The notes beneath the pieces are model-generated. The model ran no database searches. It was not told the DNA's origin and saw nothing but the letters and a program-made list of their open reading frames with translations. This document shows, one piece after another, positions 1 to 9,420 of a DNA stretch of 64,000 bases. The DNA lies in IMG/VR virus record IMGVR_UViG_3300044701_003269, positions 96,001-160,000 of that record. The stretch is one strand, 5' to 3'. The translations under genes were made by a program, and so were the position numbers. This stretch comes from a virus. The first letter of the stretch is position 1, and every line of letters starts with the position of its first letter.

Positions 1-777
1 GGTGGCGGCGCTGGTGGAGGTGGAAGACACGGTGGTGGAGGTGGTGCTGGTGGAATGATTTTTGGAAGTCGTCCACTGTCAGTAACTTCATATCCTATTG
101 TTATTGGATCTGGTGGAATAGGCGTAGAGGGATATTCAAATGGTGGCAATGGGGGTAATACAACTTTTGGCGGAGAAACTGCTAATGGAGGAGGTGGTGG
201 TGGATATTACAGAGATTCACCTTATGCCGGAATAGCAGGAGCTGCTGGTGGTTCTGGTGGTGGCGGTGGATTTGGTCCCGGTGGTAGTGGTGGAGCATCT
301 AATCAACCAGCAGGAACATTTGGAACTGCATATGGATTTGGTGGGGGAACTGCAAGTACGAACAATCCTCCTCTAATTTGTGGAGGTGGTGGAGGTGCTG
401 GTGCAGCAGGAAATCCTTTTACTACTGCCAACGGAGCAGGAGGTGCTGGTAGATTATGGCCAGTTACTGGTTATTACTACGCTGGAGGTGGAGGAGCATC
501 TTCGTGGGAAGCAAATGCAGGTAATGGTGGAGTAGGTGGTGGAGGTGGAGGTAATGTTGGAAACTTTGGTTCTGTAGGTGTTGGTGGAACAGGAGGATTA
601 TTTGATGGTGAGAATGGATTACTTTCTGGAAATGATGGTGTATATCGTAGAGGTGGTAATGGAGCTCAATCTACCGGTGGTGGTGGAGGAGGAGGAGGAC
701 AATCTGCATATCTTTCATATAGATCATCAGGTGGTAATGGTGGTTCCGGAATCGTCATCATCGCATATCCTTCATAA
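1..777 (+). CDS. Glycine-rich tail/adhesin protein, 5'-truncated
   Basis: Frame is open from position 1 (GGGAGGGGRHGGGG...). Repeated GGGGG motifs and the C-terminal GGNGGSGIVIIAY are typical of phage Gly-rich domain proteins. Confidence 0.8.
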   Translation, partial: GGGAGGGGRHGGGGGAGGMIFGSRPLSVTSYPIVIGSGGIGVEGYSNGGNGGNTTFGGETANGGGGGGYYRDSPYAGIAGAAGGSGGGGGFGPGGSGGASNQPAGTFGTAYGFGGGTASTNNPPLICGGGGGAGAAGNPFTTANGAGGAGRLWPVTGYYYAGGGGASSWEANAGNGGVGGGGGGNVGNFGSVGVGGTGGLFDGENGLLSGNDGVYRRGGNGAQSTGGGGGGGGQSAYLSYRSSGGNGGSGIVIIAYPS

Positions 778-810
778 ATATTCAAAACGAACATTACAGA
801 TAATTAACCA

Positions 811-1209
811 ATGGCACATTTCGCACAACTTGATGAAAACAATATAGTTACTCAAGTCATTGTTGTGAGTAACGAAGATACTTCCGACTCAAACGGAACA
901 GAAATAGAAGAAATTGGAATTGGTTTCTGTAAAAAACTTCTTGGTGCTAATACAAAATGGAAGCAAACCTCATACAACAACAATATGAGAGTTCGTTATG
1001 CTGGTATTGGTTATTCTTATAATGAAGAACTTGATGCATTTATTCCGCCACAACCATTTGTCTCTTGGGTATTAAATACAGAAACAGCAGATTGGGAATC
1101 TCCAGTTGGCCCTGCTCCAGAACTTACTGAAGTAGAAAGAGAATCAGGTTCTTTCTATCAATGGGATGAAGAAAACACCCAGTGGAATCTTATAACCCCA
1201 GAACAGTAG
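811..1209 (+). CDS. Conserved small tail-associated protein (MAHFAQLDENNIV family)
   Basis: ORF follows the Gly-rich gene; late-promoter-like ATAAATA at 774-780. Confidence 0.7.
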   Translation: MAHFAQLDENNIVTQVIVVSNEDTSDSNGTEIEEIGIGFCKKLLGANTKWKQTSYNNNMRVRYAGIGYSYNEELDAFIPPQPFVSWVLNTETADWESPVGPAPELTEVERESGSFYQWDEENTQWNLITPEQ

Positions 1210-1250
1210 TAGAAGATAATAAATACTAAAAAGAGTACCATAAGAATATA

Positions 1251-3884
1251 ATGTCTTCACTCAAGTTATACGGATCTACCAGTGGGTATGTTGAGATTGT
1301 CCCAGAAGTAACAGCAGGTAATAATTCGGTTACTCTTCCCAATACTACTGGTTCTATTGCAGTAAAGGATGCGAGTGGTAATCTTGAAGTAGGAACTGGA
1401 GTTACTATTTCTTCTCCAAGTGCTGATACTTTCGCTGTAAGTACTAATGGTAGTGAGAGAGTTAGAGTTGATTCAAGTGGTAATGTTGGTATAGGAACCA
1501 CAATACCACAGTATAACCTTGATGTTCTTGGAGATATTAATTTCAGTGGATCTCTAAATCAAGGTGGTAGTGCATTCGTTGCCTCTAGATGGACTGCAGG
1601 AACTGGTAATGATATCTATAGATTAAGTGGTGATGTTGGAATAGGAACGACAAATCCCCAATATAGCCTTGATGTTCTTGGTGATATTAATTTTACCGGA
1701 ACCTTTAGACAAAACGGTAGTGCATTTGTTGCCTCTAGATGGACTGCTGGAATTGGTGATGATATCTATAGGTTAAGTGGTGATGTTGGAATAGGAACGA
1801 CAAATCCAACAGCAAAACTTGAAGTTGTAGGTAATGTTGTTGCAGATGGATCTGATATTAGAAGTTTATCGGGAACACATTTAGTCTCTTATTCTTCTGT
1901 TTCTGATATTGCTAATTCTGCAAAGAGTATTACTGGATTTAGCACATATCGTCAAGTTGGTGTCTTAACTGCTGGTAGCAATACAAACTCTGGTGATGAC
2001 TTTGGTTATTCAGTTGCAGTAACTGCTGATGGAAACACTATTTTTGTTGGTGCAAGAAAAGATGAAATTGGAGGAAGTAGTAATAGTAGTGGTGCTGTTT
2101 ATGTATTTGATCGTGTAGGCCTAGGTAGTTCTTTCTATCAAGTTGGTATCTTAACAGGATCACTTGCTTCAAATAGTTCCGATTATTTCGGACAAAGTGT
2201 TGCTTGCACTCCTGACGGAAAAACATTAATTGCTTCTGCTCCTTTTGATGAAAGCGGTGGTTTAATGTATGTTTTTGATCGAGTTGGAAATAATTTTAAT
2301 CAAGTTGGAATTTTATCTGCTTCAATTGTAAACACATCTGACGAAAATTTTGGTGTATCTATTGACATAAGTGCTGACGGTAAAACAATTGTTGGTGGTT
2401 ATGATTTCGTATCATTACCTGGATATACCGCAAATTCTGGTGCAGCATTTGTTTGGGAACGTGATGGGAACACATTTACAGAGGTTGGAATTTTAACAGC
2501 AGCAACACCTGAGACTTTTTCTCAATTTGGTGAGGCAGTAGCAATTAGTGGTGATGGTAAAACAATCGTTGTTGGATCTCTTGGGGAAAGTGGTGGCACT
2601 GGTTATGCTTATGGATCTATTAATATTTTTGACCGTGTTGGTGTTGGAACAACGTCAGTATTTAATAGGGTTGGTGTTATAACAGGCACTAAGGCAACTT
2701 CAATAGATGATGATAATTTTGGATGTTCTGTTGATATTAGTTATGATGGAAGTTCAATTATTGTTGGTGATTTTAATGGTGATGTAACTGGTGTTACAAC
2801 AACTGGTACTGCTTCTGTCTATGACAGAGTTGGAAATAATTTTAATCTTGTTGGTATTTTTACTGGATCACGTTCTACAAGGCTTGGATACTTTGGAAAT
2901 ACAGTTGTAATGAGTCCAGATGGTAAGAGAATGTTGGTGACTGCATTAAGTGAGGGAAGTGGGAATGAAGGACTTGTCTATATTTTTGAAAGACAGGGAA
3001 ATACTATTAGTCAAGTTGGCATAGTAACTGGATATAGTCCTGGAATTACATATGATATTGGAACTCCTTTTGATAAGCATCTGGGAATGAGTGCTGATGG
3101 AAAAACAATGGTTCTTGGAGCTCCTGGATCTACTGTTTCTGGAAATGCTAGCGCAGGTGCCGCTTTTGTTTTTGATGAGGTCGAGCAAACATACTTATAT
3201 TCATCTCCTACTGGAAATATCGGTATAGGGGTCACAAATCCAGGTCAGGCCTTAGATGTATCCGGTTCTATAAGATCATCATCACAAATTATATCAACTC
3301 AAGCAAACTCCACAACAACTGGTGGTGGCCAAATATACTTGAATGGTGCAACAGGTAACAGAATTGATTTTAACTCAAATGGTGTTGCTGCTCCTACAAC
3401 AACTACAAGAAGTGCAGGAACCAAGATAGTTTTATATCCAAATATTAGTCCTTCATCTGCAGACTATGGATTTGGTATTGAAGCTTCCACATTATGGTCT
3501 GGAGTTTCATCAAGTGCGGATCAATTCAAATGGTATGCAGGAACCACTAACGTTGCAACTTTGAGTGGCACGGGTACATTTACTACAACAACACTCGTAG
3601 AAACTTCAAGTATCACACTCAAAGAAAATATAAATCCTATTGAGAATGCACTAGATAAGATACTACAATTAAATCCAGTAACTTATGATCGTAAGAACAA
3701 CATAAGTAAGAATGAAGCAGGATTGATTGCAGAAGAAGTTAATGAGATTATTCCAAATATTGTTTCTAAAGACAGTGAAGGAAATCCAAATGGTATCAAT
3801 TACACAAAACTTTCTGTGTATTTGATTGATGCAATTAAGGAACTGAAGAAAGAGATTGAGGACTTAAGAAATGGCAACTCTTAA
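1251..3884 (+). CDS. Tail fibre with FG-GAP-like beta-propeller and C-terminal Peptidase_S74 intramolecular chaperone
   Basis: GNVGIGTT fibre repeats; about 7 repeats of FGxSVAxSxDGxTxxVGA...GAxYVF; C-terminus SSITLKENINPI...GLIAEEV...NYTKLSVYLIDAIKEL. Confidence 0.85.
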   Translation: MSSLKLYGSTSGYVEIVPEVTAGNNSVTLPNTTGSIAVKDASGNLEVGTGVTISSPSADTFAVSTNGSERVRVDSSGNVGIGTTIPQYNLDVLGDINFSGSLNQGGSAFVASRWTAGTGNDIYRLSGDVGIGTTNPQYSLDVLGDINFTGTFRQNGSAFVASRWTAGIGDDIYRLSGDVGIGTTNPTAKLEVVGNVVADGSDIRSLSGTHLVSYSSVSDIANSAKSITGFSTYRQVGVLTAGSNTNSGDDFGYSVAVTADGNTIFVGARKDEIGGSSNSSGAVYVFDRVGLGSSFYQVGILTGSLASNSSDYFGQSVACTPDGKTLIASAPFDESGGLMYVFDRVGNNFNQVGILSASIVNTSDENFGVSIDISADGKTIVGGYDFVSLPGYTANSGAAFVWERDGNTFTEVGILTAATPETFSQFGEAVAISGDGKTIVVGSLGESGGTGYAYGSINIFDRVGVGTTSVFNRVGVITGTKATSIDDDNFGCSVDISYDGSSIIVGDFNGDVTGVTTTGTASVYDRVGNNFNLVGIFTGSRSTRLGYFGNTVVMSPDGKRMLVTALSEGSGNEGLVYIFERQGNTISQVGIVTGYSPGITYDIGTPFDKHLGMSADGKTMVLGAPGSTVSGNASAGAAFVFDEVEQTYLYSSPTGNIGIGVTNPGQALDVSGSIRSSSQIISTQANSTTTGGGQIYLNGATGNRIDFNSNGVAAPTTTTRSAGTKIVLYPNISPSSADYGFGIEASTLWSGVSSSADQFKWYAGTTNVATLSGTGTFTTTTLVETSSITLKENINPIENALDKILQLNPVTYDRKNNISKNEAGLIAEEVNEIIPNIVSKDSEGNPNGINYTKLSVYLIDAIKELKKEIEDLRNGNS
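1478..1808 (+). repeat. 150-bp (50 aa) tandem repeat within the tail fibre; third copy at about 7332-7511
   Basis: GCCTCTAGATGGACTG occurs at 1581 and 1731 and again near 7435; peptide PQYSLDVLGDINFTGTFRQNGSAFVASRWTAG. Boundaries approximate. Confidence 0.85.
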
Positions 3885-4707
3885 GAACACAATAATTGAT
3901 ACTACTGGAGCTCTTCAACTACCAGTAGGAACCACAGCACAAAGACCGACTGCAGATGCTGGCCATATGAGGTATAACTCATCATTTAAAACAGTAGAGA
4001 CTTATACTGGAACCAGATGGGAGTATATGCCAGATATTGTAAGAACTGGTTTGGTTCTTAATTTAGATGCTGGAGAACCAAGTTCTTATTCTGGTAGTGG
4101 AACTACTTGGACTGATTTAAGTGGCAATAACTTTGTCGGAACTCTTACAAATGGACCAACTTATAGCAGTTCTAATGGTGGGTCTATTGTTTTTGATGGT
4201 TCCAATGATTATGTGAGAATACCTTATAATAGCAACCTCAATCCAACTACTATAACAGTTGGGGCCTGGATAAAAAGAAATCAAGTCGTAAATTACGCTC
4301 ATTTTATTGGACTTCCTATCAGCAATTCAACTTGGAATTCGCCTTATATGTCTTATGGTGTTGAATATATTGGAACCACAGATACAATTAGTTTTCCTCT
4401 AGGATTTACTGATAACACTTTTGCTTATACTGATGCGGCTACTTATGGAAACAATATATGGTTTTATTTTACAGGAACCTACGACAAAAGTAATGTAAAA
4501 GTTTATATTGACGGGGTACTTATTACTACCAGGGCAGAAACTAGAACATTATACAATTCAACTGCTGATTTTTATATTGGCGCTATTAACACTTCTTCTC
4601 AATATCCTTTGAATGGAAACATAGCACAAGTAACCATATACAACAGAGCCCTCTCAGCATCAGAAATCCAACAAAACTATCAGGCACTTAGAGGAAGGTT
4701 TATATAA
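3871..4707 (+). CDS. LamG/ConA-like lectin domain virion protein, paralogue 1
   Basis: N-terminus MATLKN..DTTGALQLPVGTTAQRP; GLVLNLDAG..SYSGSGTTWTDLSG; IYNRALSASEIQQNY. Confidence 0.8.
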   Translation: MATLKNTIIDTTGALQLPVGTTAQRPTADAGHMRYNSSFKTVETYTGTRWEYMPDIVRTGLVLNLDAGEPSSYSGSGTTWTDLSGNNFVGTLTNGPTYSSSNGGSIVFDGSNDYVRIPYNSNLNPTTITVGAWIKRNQVVNYAHFIGLPISNSTWNSPYMSYGVEYIGTTDTISFPLGFTDNTFAYTDAATYGNNIWFYFTGTYDKSNVKVYIDGVLITTRAETRTLYNSTADFYIGAINTSSQYPLNGNIAQVTIYNRALSASEIQQNYQALRGRFI

Positions 4708-4710
4708 GAA

Positions 4711-5490
4711 ATGGCAACTCTAAAAAATCTTACAATCAACGACACTGGATATTTGCAAATGCCTTCTGGGACAGTTGCACAAAGGCCTGCATCACCTTCT
4801 CAAGGAATGATAAGGTACAATACTGACTATAAAGTAAGTGAATATTATAATGGAACTGAATGGGTTTCCACATCACCAGTACCAATGGTAACTAATGGTT
4901 TAACTCTTTATTTGGATGCCACATCTTATCCTGGTTCTGGTACTACTTGGACTGATTTAAGTGGCAATGGATATAATATGACCCTAACTGGATCATTTAC
5001 ATTTACTGGTGCGGCTCTTCAGTTTAATGGTGGATATGGTTATCTAACATCATTAAACTATTCGACTACTAATTTTACAATAATGGCAGGATCAAGATAT
5101 TCTGGTGCGGCAAGACAAAGAGTTATTTCTTCAATGGGAAATAATTGGTTGTTCGGTCATTGGTCAAATTCAACACAAAAATACTATGCTGAAGGGTGGA
5201 TTACAAATTCAAGTCAAAATGAAAATAGTGACACAAATTGGAGAATATATACGGGATTGGAAAATTATACTTCAGACCAAAGAAGTTTTTATGTTAATAA
5301 CACTGCATTGGTAACTAATTCCACTGCAGGCGCTGCTGGTTTTAATGGATTAAGTGTCGGTATATGGGGATATAACAATACTGAAGGTTCAAATTGCGAA
5401 GTATCTTTTATACTAGTTTATAATAGGTTATTGTCATCAGAAGAGATGACACAAAACTTTAATGCTTTTCGTGGTCGTTTTGGTATCTAA
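4711..5490 (+). CDS. LamG/ConA-like lectin domain virion protein, paralogue 2
   Basis: Same N-terminal module and LYLDA..YPGSGTTWTDLSG...VYNRLLSSEE motifs. Confidence 0.8.
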   Translation: MATLKNLTINDTGYLQMPSGTVAQRPASPSQGMIRYNTDYKVSEYYNGTEWVSTSPVPMVTNGLTLYLDATSYPGSGTTWTDLSGNGYNMTLTGSFTFTGAALQFNGGYGYLTSLNYSTTNFTIMAGSRYSGAARQRVISSMGNNWLFGHWSNSTQKYYAEGWITNSSQNENSDTNWRIYTGLENYTSDQRSFYVNNTALVTNSTAGAAGFNGLSVGIWGYNNTEGSNCEVSFILVYNRLLSSEEMTQNFNAFRGRFGI

Positions 5491-5504
5491 ATACCTAAAA
5501 AACA

Positions 5505-5762
5505 ATGTACGACGAAAGAAATTTTGCAATCTTTTCAACAACTGAACTCAACCAAATTAACTTTAGTGAAGTATTAGAAACTTCAGCAGAAACTTGTCGC
5601 ATCAGTACAAATGGTTCTCTCACATTCGTTAAGTGGGATGGAGAAACTGTACCACCATCAGTACAAGCACTTACAACCATTCAGGGTTATTATACTTATG
5701 AGGAAATGTTGAATATTCTTGCCTTACCCGAATGGACTTCACCAGACCTCATTGAACCATAA
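5505..5762 (+). CDS. Small conserved phage protein
   Basis: ORF between LamG genes, CTAAATA late-like promoter upstream; motif TFVKWDG..P. Confidence 0.65.
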   Translation: MYDERNFAIFSTTELNQINFSEVLETSAETCRISTNGSLTFVKWDGETVPPSVQALTTIQGYYTYEEMLNILALPEWTSPDLIEP

Positions 5763-5765
5763 GAA

Positions 5766-6623
5766 ATGGCAACTCTAAAAAGCTTAACAGTTAATGATAC
5801 TGGTTTCATAAAATTACCTTCAGGAACCATTGCACAAAGACCTTCATCACCATCTAATAATATGATGAGGTTTAATACTGATTTGGGTTGTAATGAAATG
5901 TACTCTAATGGAAATTGGATGGACCAATTAACAGGAGGCCCTGCAGTTATTAAGAATGGTTTAGTTCTTCATTTAGATGCAGGTGCTCCTAGGTCTTATC
6001 CAGGTTCAGGAACCTTATGGAGAGATTTAAGTGGTAGTGGACTAAATGCATCTGGAACTGCAGCAAACATCACTTCTTCTGGTGCTATTTCTGGAGCATC
6101 TTGGACAACTTCTTCAACCAGTATATTGAATACGGATACTCATTCAATATTTTTTATGTTAAAACTGAATTCTTCTGGAACTTATCCAGAAGGATATACT
6201 GGAAGTTGGGAAAAAATATTTACTTATGCTCCTGCCGGAACTGATAGAAGTCCGGGTGTTTGGAGATATCCAAGTGAAAGAAAAATACATTGGAGATATG
6301 ATCCGGGGAACAGTGATATTGATTTTTCATCAACGGCGAGAGGACTTTATCCTGCTCCGGGAACACCATTTGCATTAAATACTTGGTATTATATAGGAGT
6401 AACTAAAAATGGAGCAACTGCAACAGCATATGTAAATGGTCAAAGTCTTGGTTCTAGTACAGTATCAAACCCAAAAACATCTGGAAATGCAACAGTAATT
6501 ATAAATGAATCTTATACTAGTCAACTTAATAATATAAATTCTGTAGTTGTATATAACAGAGTACTCACAGCAACGGAAGTTTTACACAACTTTAATTCTA
6601 TAAAATCAAGATTTGGTTTATAA
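5766..6623 (+). CDS. LamG/ConA-like lectin domain virion protein, paralogue 3
   Basis: MATLKSLTVNDTGFIKLPSGTIAQRP; GLVLHLDAG..SYPGSG; VYNRVLTATEV. Confidence 0.8.
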   Translation: MATLKSLTVNDTGFIKLPSGTIAQRPSSPSNNMMRFNTDLGCNEMYSNGNWMDQLTGGPAVIKNGLVLHLDAGAPRSYPGSGTLWRDLSGSGLNASGTAANITSSGAISGASWTTSSTSILNTDTHSIFFMLKLNSSGTYPEGYTGSWEKIFTYAPAGTDRSPGVWRYPSERKIHWRYDPGNSDIDFSSTARGLYPAPGTPFALNTWYYIGVTKNGATATAYVNGQSLGSSTVSNPKTSGNATVIINESYTSQLNNINSVVVYNRVLTATEVLHNFNSIKSRFGL

Positions 6624-6705
6624 AATAGCCACTCAGATTAAGATATTATAAATCTATTACATCAAACGCAGATCCATAAATATTAAAAAAGTCAATAAGT
6701 AAATA

Positions 6706-7857
6706 ATGTCTACGTTAAGAGCAACGAACATTAAAAATCCAGACAGTAGCAGCAATAATATTGTGCTGGATGGCAGTGGTGGTGTTGTAATCAGTGGAGT
6801 GGCAACTATAACAGCATTAAATGCATTAGAGATTACTGGTGGAATGTTTTTAAGTGGAGTAACTACAGTATCTGCAGGTAGTACCAGTGCTCCATCAATA
6901 ACACCATCGGGGGACAATAATACTGGAGTATTCTTTCCAAGTGCCGATACTTTTGCTGTAAGTACTAATGGTAGTGAGAGAATTAGAATTAATTCGAGTG
7001 GTAATGTTGGTATAGGAACCACAAACCCAACATCATCTAAACTTTTTGTAGATGGTGATACAAAAATTACTGGTATTTTAACGGTTGGTACATCAAGTAT
7101 TATTATCGATGGAACAGGTAATGTAATTAATGTAGGTTCAGGTGTCACTATTCATTATCTTGATGGTGTCCAAGTAGGGCAGAATGTTATACATTCTAGT
7201 GGAATTACTCTCAATAACATCAATTCTTCTGGTGTTTCCACACTTACCAATGGGCCAATATTAGTTGGATCAGCAACCTCAACGGGAACTTCATCACAAA
7301 GACTTCAAGTAACTGGTGGTGCTTATGTAAGCGGTAATATTGGTGTTGGTGTTACTAATCCTCAATATAGCCTTGATGTTCTTGGAGATATTAACTTCAC
7401 AGGGACCTTTAGACAAAACGGTAGTGCATTCGTCGCCTCTAGATGGACTGCTGGAACTGGTGATGATATCTATAGATTAAATGGTAATGTTGGAATAGGA
7501 ACCATAAATCCAACAGAAAAACTTCACGTTGTTGGAGTAGTTTCTGCAACTTCTTATCGTGGTGATGGTTCTCAACTGACGGGCGTTGGTGGAGCATCTG
7601 CTGTTACAGTTCTTACATCAGATACGACTTTATCAAAAGGAACTGCATATATGCTGAATGCATCGGGTCTTATATTAACACTTCCTGCTTCTCCTTCAAC
7701 CGGAGATGCTATAGATATTCTAAATAACGTTAGTGGTATTCATACACTTGCTCGTAATGGTTCTACAATTCAAGGATTAACTGAAGACATGACGTTTGGA
7801 GAGCAAGGGATAAAGTTTAAAGTTTGGTATACTGGTTCAACCTGGAGTCTGTTCTAA
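6706..7857 (+). CDS. Tail fibre-like protein
   Basis: GNVGIGTTNP repeats; shares DNA modules with 1251..3884; C-terminal TLPASPSTGDAI module. Confidence 0.75.
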   Translation: MSTLRATNIKNPDSSSNNIVLDGSGGVVISGVATITALNALEITGGMFLSGVTTVSAGSTSAPSITPSGDNNTGVFFPSADTFAVSTNGSERIRINSSGNVGIGTTNPTSSKLFVDGDTKITGILTVGTSSIIIDGTGNVINVGSGVTIHYLDGVQVGQNVIHSSGITLNNINSSGVSTLTNGPILVGSATSTGTSSQRLQVTGGAYVSGNIGVGVTNPQYSLDVLGDINFTGTFRQNGSAFVASRWTAGTGDDIYRLNGNVGIGTINPTEKLHVVGVVSATSYRGDGSQLTGVGGASAVTVLTSDTTLSKGTAYMLNASGLILTLPASPSTGDAIDILNNVSGIHTLARNGSTIQGLTEDMTFGEQGIKFKVWYTGSTWSLF

Positions 7858-8783
7858 TGTCTAACATCTCACAATTTTTTGCAGGAAGAAGAAAGCAAAA
7901 CCGCAGAATTATCCATGGTAGTGTTGGAGTAACCACTGTTACTTGGCGAGTTCCTCCCGGTGTAACTGAAGTTGAGGTTCACTGTTGGGGTGGTGGAGGG
8001 GGAACCTTTGGCTATCCGATCGTTGGTGGCGGGGGTGGTGGAGGTTACGTAACCCATGTGTTCCCCGTTACACCTTCAGATAGTTTATTAATCACTGCTG
8101 GAGCAGTAAATGGTGGAACTTCAAGTGTATCAGTTCCAACACAATCCCCGATTTCTCCCATAAGTGCTACTGGTGGAAGCGGCGCATCTTTGCCAAACCC
8201 GGGGTTCTCCGCAGGTGGTGCCGGTGGAGTCGGAGCATACACTATTGCTCCTGGTATTTCAACAGCAAGAACTTTTAGTGCTTCTGGTGGATCTGGGGCC
8301 CCAGCTGAGGGGGGCAATTCCTTTGCCGGAGGCGGCGCAGCTGGAAGTCCTTTTGGTAAAGGTGGAAATGGGTCTTTTGCCCTTAGTCCTAATGGCATAC
8401 CTGGAGGTGGAGGAGGAGGAATAGGTGGACCAGGTAATAGTGGTACATCTGGCGCTGGAGGAGGTTCTTTAGGTGAAGCAAGTGGAGCTATTGGAGGACT
8501 AGGTAAAAATGGATATAAAGTATTCAGTTCCGTAGCTGCTCCTGCAAATGCTGGATTTGTTGAAAATACTTCTGGGGATAGTGATTGGTTCTATGTAGAT
8601 GAAATTTTAGGTGCTGGAGGAAGTGTAAACTCAATTCATGGTGGAGCAGGTGGAGGCGGATGTTTTCCTGGCGGCCGAGGTGGTATTTTAGGTGGTGGTG
8701 CTGGATCAGGGCCTGGAGGCCTCGGAGGAGGAGGTGGTGGCGGTGCCGTCGGAGGTGCCGGTCTCGTAATACTTTACTGGTAA
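7857..8783 (+). CDS. Glycine-rich adhesin-like protein
   Basis: ATG at 7857 overlaps the upstream TAA; WRVPPGVTEVEVHCWGGGGG...GGAGLVILYW. Confidence 0.75.
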   Translation: MSNISQFFAGRRKQNRRIIHGSVGVTTVTWRVPPGVTEVEVHCWGGGGGTFGYPIVGGGGGGGYVTHVFPVTPSDSLLITAGAVNGGTSSVSVPTQSPISPISATGGSGASLPNPGFSAGGAGGVGAYTIAPGISTARTFSASGGSGAPAEGGNSFAGGGAAGSPFGKGGNGSFALSPNGIPGGGGGGIGGPGNSGTSGAGGGSLGEASGAIGGLGKNGYKVFSSVAAPANAGFVENTSGDSDWFYVDEILGAGGSVNSIHGGAGGGGCFPGGRGGILGGGAGSGPGGLGGGGGGGAVGGAGLVILYW

Positions 8784-8799
8784 TAAGGAGGTAACTAAA

Positions 8800-9018
8800 A
8801 TGTCTAAATGGGTAAGAGTAGATTCAAACAACATTGTTCAAGAGGTAATCTCATACAATCCTTTTGAGGTTGTAAACGAAGCTTTTCATTCTTTCTTCCA
8901 TGAGGTATCTGGTGAAGAATCTTATGGGTGGACTTATGATCCTAATACTGGAACCTTTACGGAACCACCACCACTTCCAGAACCACCTGAGGAACCTGTA
9001 ACCGAAGAAACAACTTGA
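8800..9018 (+). CDS. Small tail-associated protein
   Basis: SD AAGGAGG upstream; GWTYDP..GTFTEP motif; follows a Gly-rich gene as 811..1209 does. Confidence 0.7.
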   Translation: MSKWVRVDSNNIVQEVISYNPFEVVNEAFHSFFHEVSGEESYGWTYDPNTGTFTEPPPLPEPPEEPVTEETT

Positions 9019-9024
9019 TTTTTA

Positions 9025-9050
9025 AGAGGGATAACACCCTCTATTTTTAT
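9025..9050 (+). terminator. Putative rho-independent terminator
   Basis: AGAGGG-ATAACA-CCCTCT followed by ATTTTTAT. Confidence 0.5.
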
Positions 9051-9087
9051 ATAAACTTAATTGATAAATACCTAAAAAGCCTCTAAG

Positions 9088-9390
9088 ATGGGAAAGTCCA
9101 GAGATACTGCAAATTTAGTTAGTCAAAATAGTATTTTTGCTGATATTGATGGTGATATTGGAATAGGAACCACAAATCCAACATCAAAACTTCAAGTTGT
9201 TGGTGATGCAACAATTAGTGGTATTGTTACTGCTACAAGTTTCTCAGGTGATGGTTCTCAATTAACAGGACTATCAAGAATATTGACAATTGGTGTGAGA
9301 ACTGGAACAGCAGTAACATTTAGTGTTACCGAATCTTCATTTAATATTTCTGGAAGAGATGGAGATATTCCAATTAATGTCAATGTATAA
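9088..9390 (+). CDS. Short tail-fibre-repeat protein
   Basis: GDIGIGTTNPTSKLQVVG; VTATSFSGDGSQLTGL; ATAAATA at 9064-9070. Confidence 0.7.
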   Translation: MGKSRDTANLVSQNSIFADIDGDIGIGTTNPTSKLQVVGDATISGIVTATSFSGDGSQLTGLSRILTIGVRTGTAVTFSVTESSFNISGRDGDIPINVNV

Positions 9391-9420
9391 TCAATAAATA
9401 CTTTAAAGTAAAGCATTAAG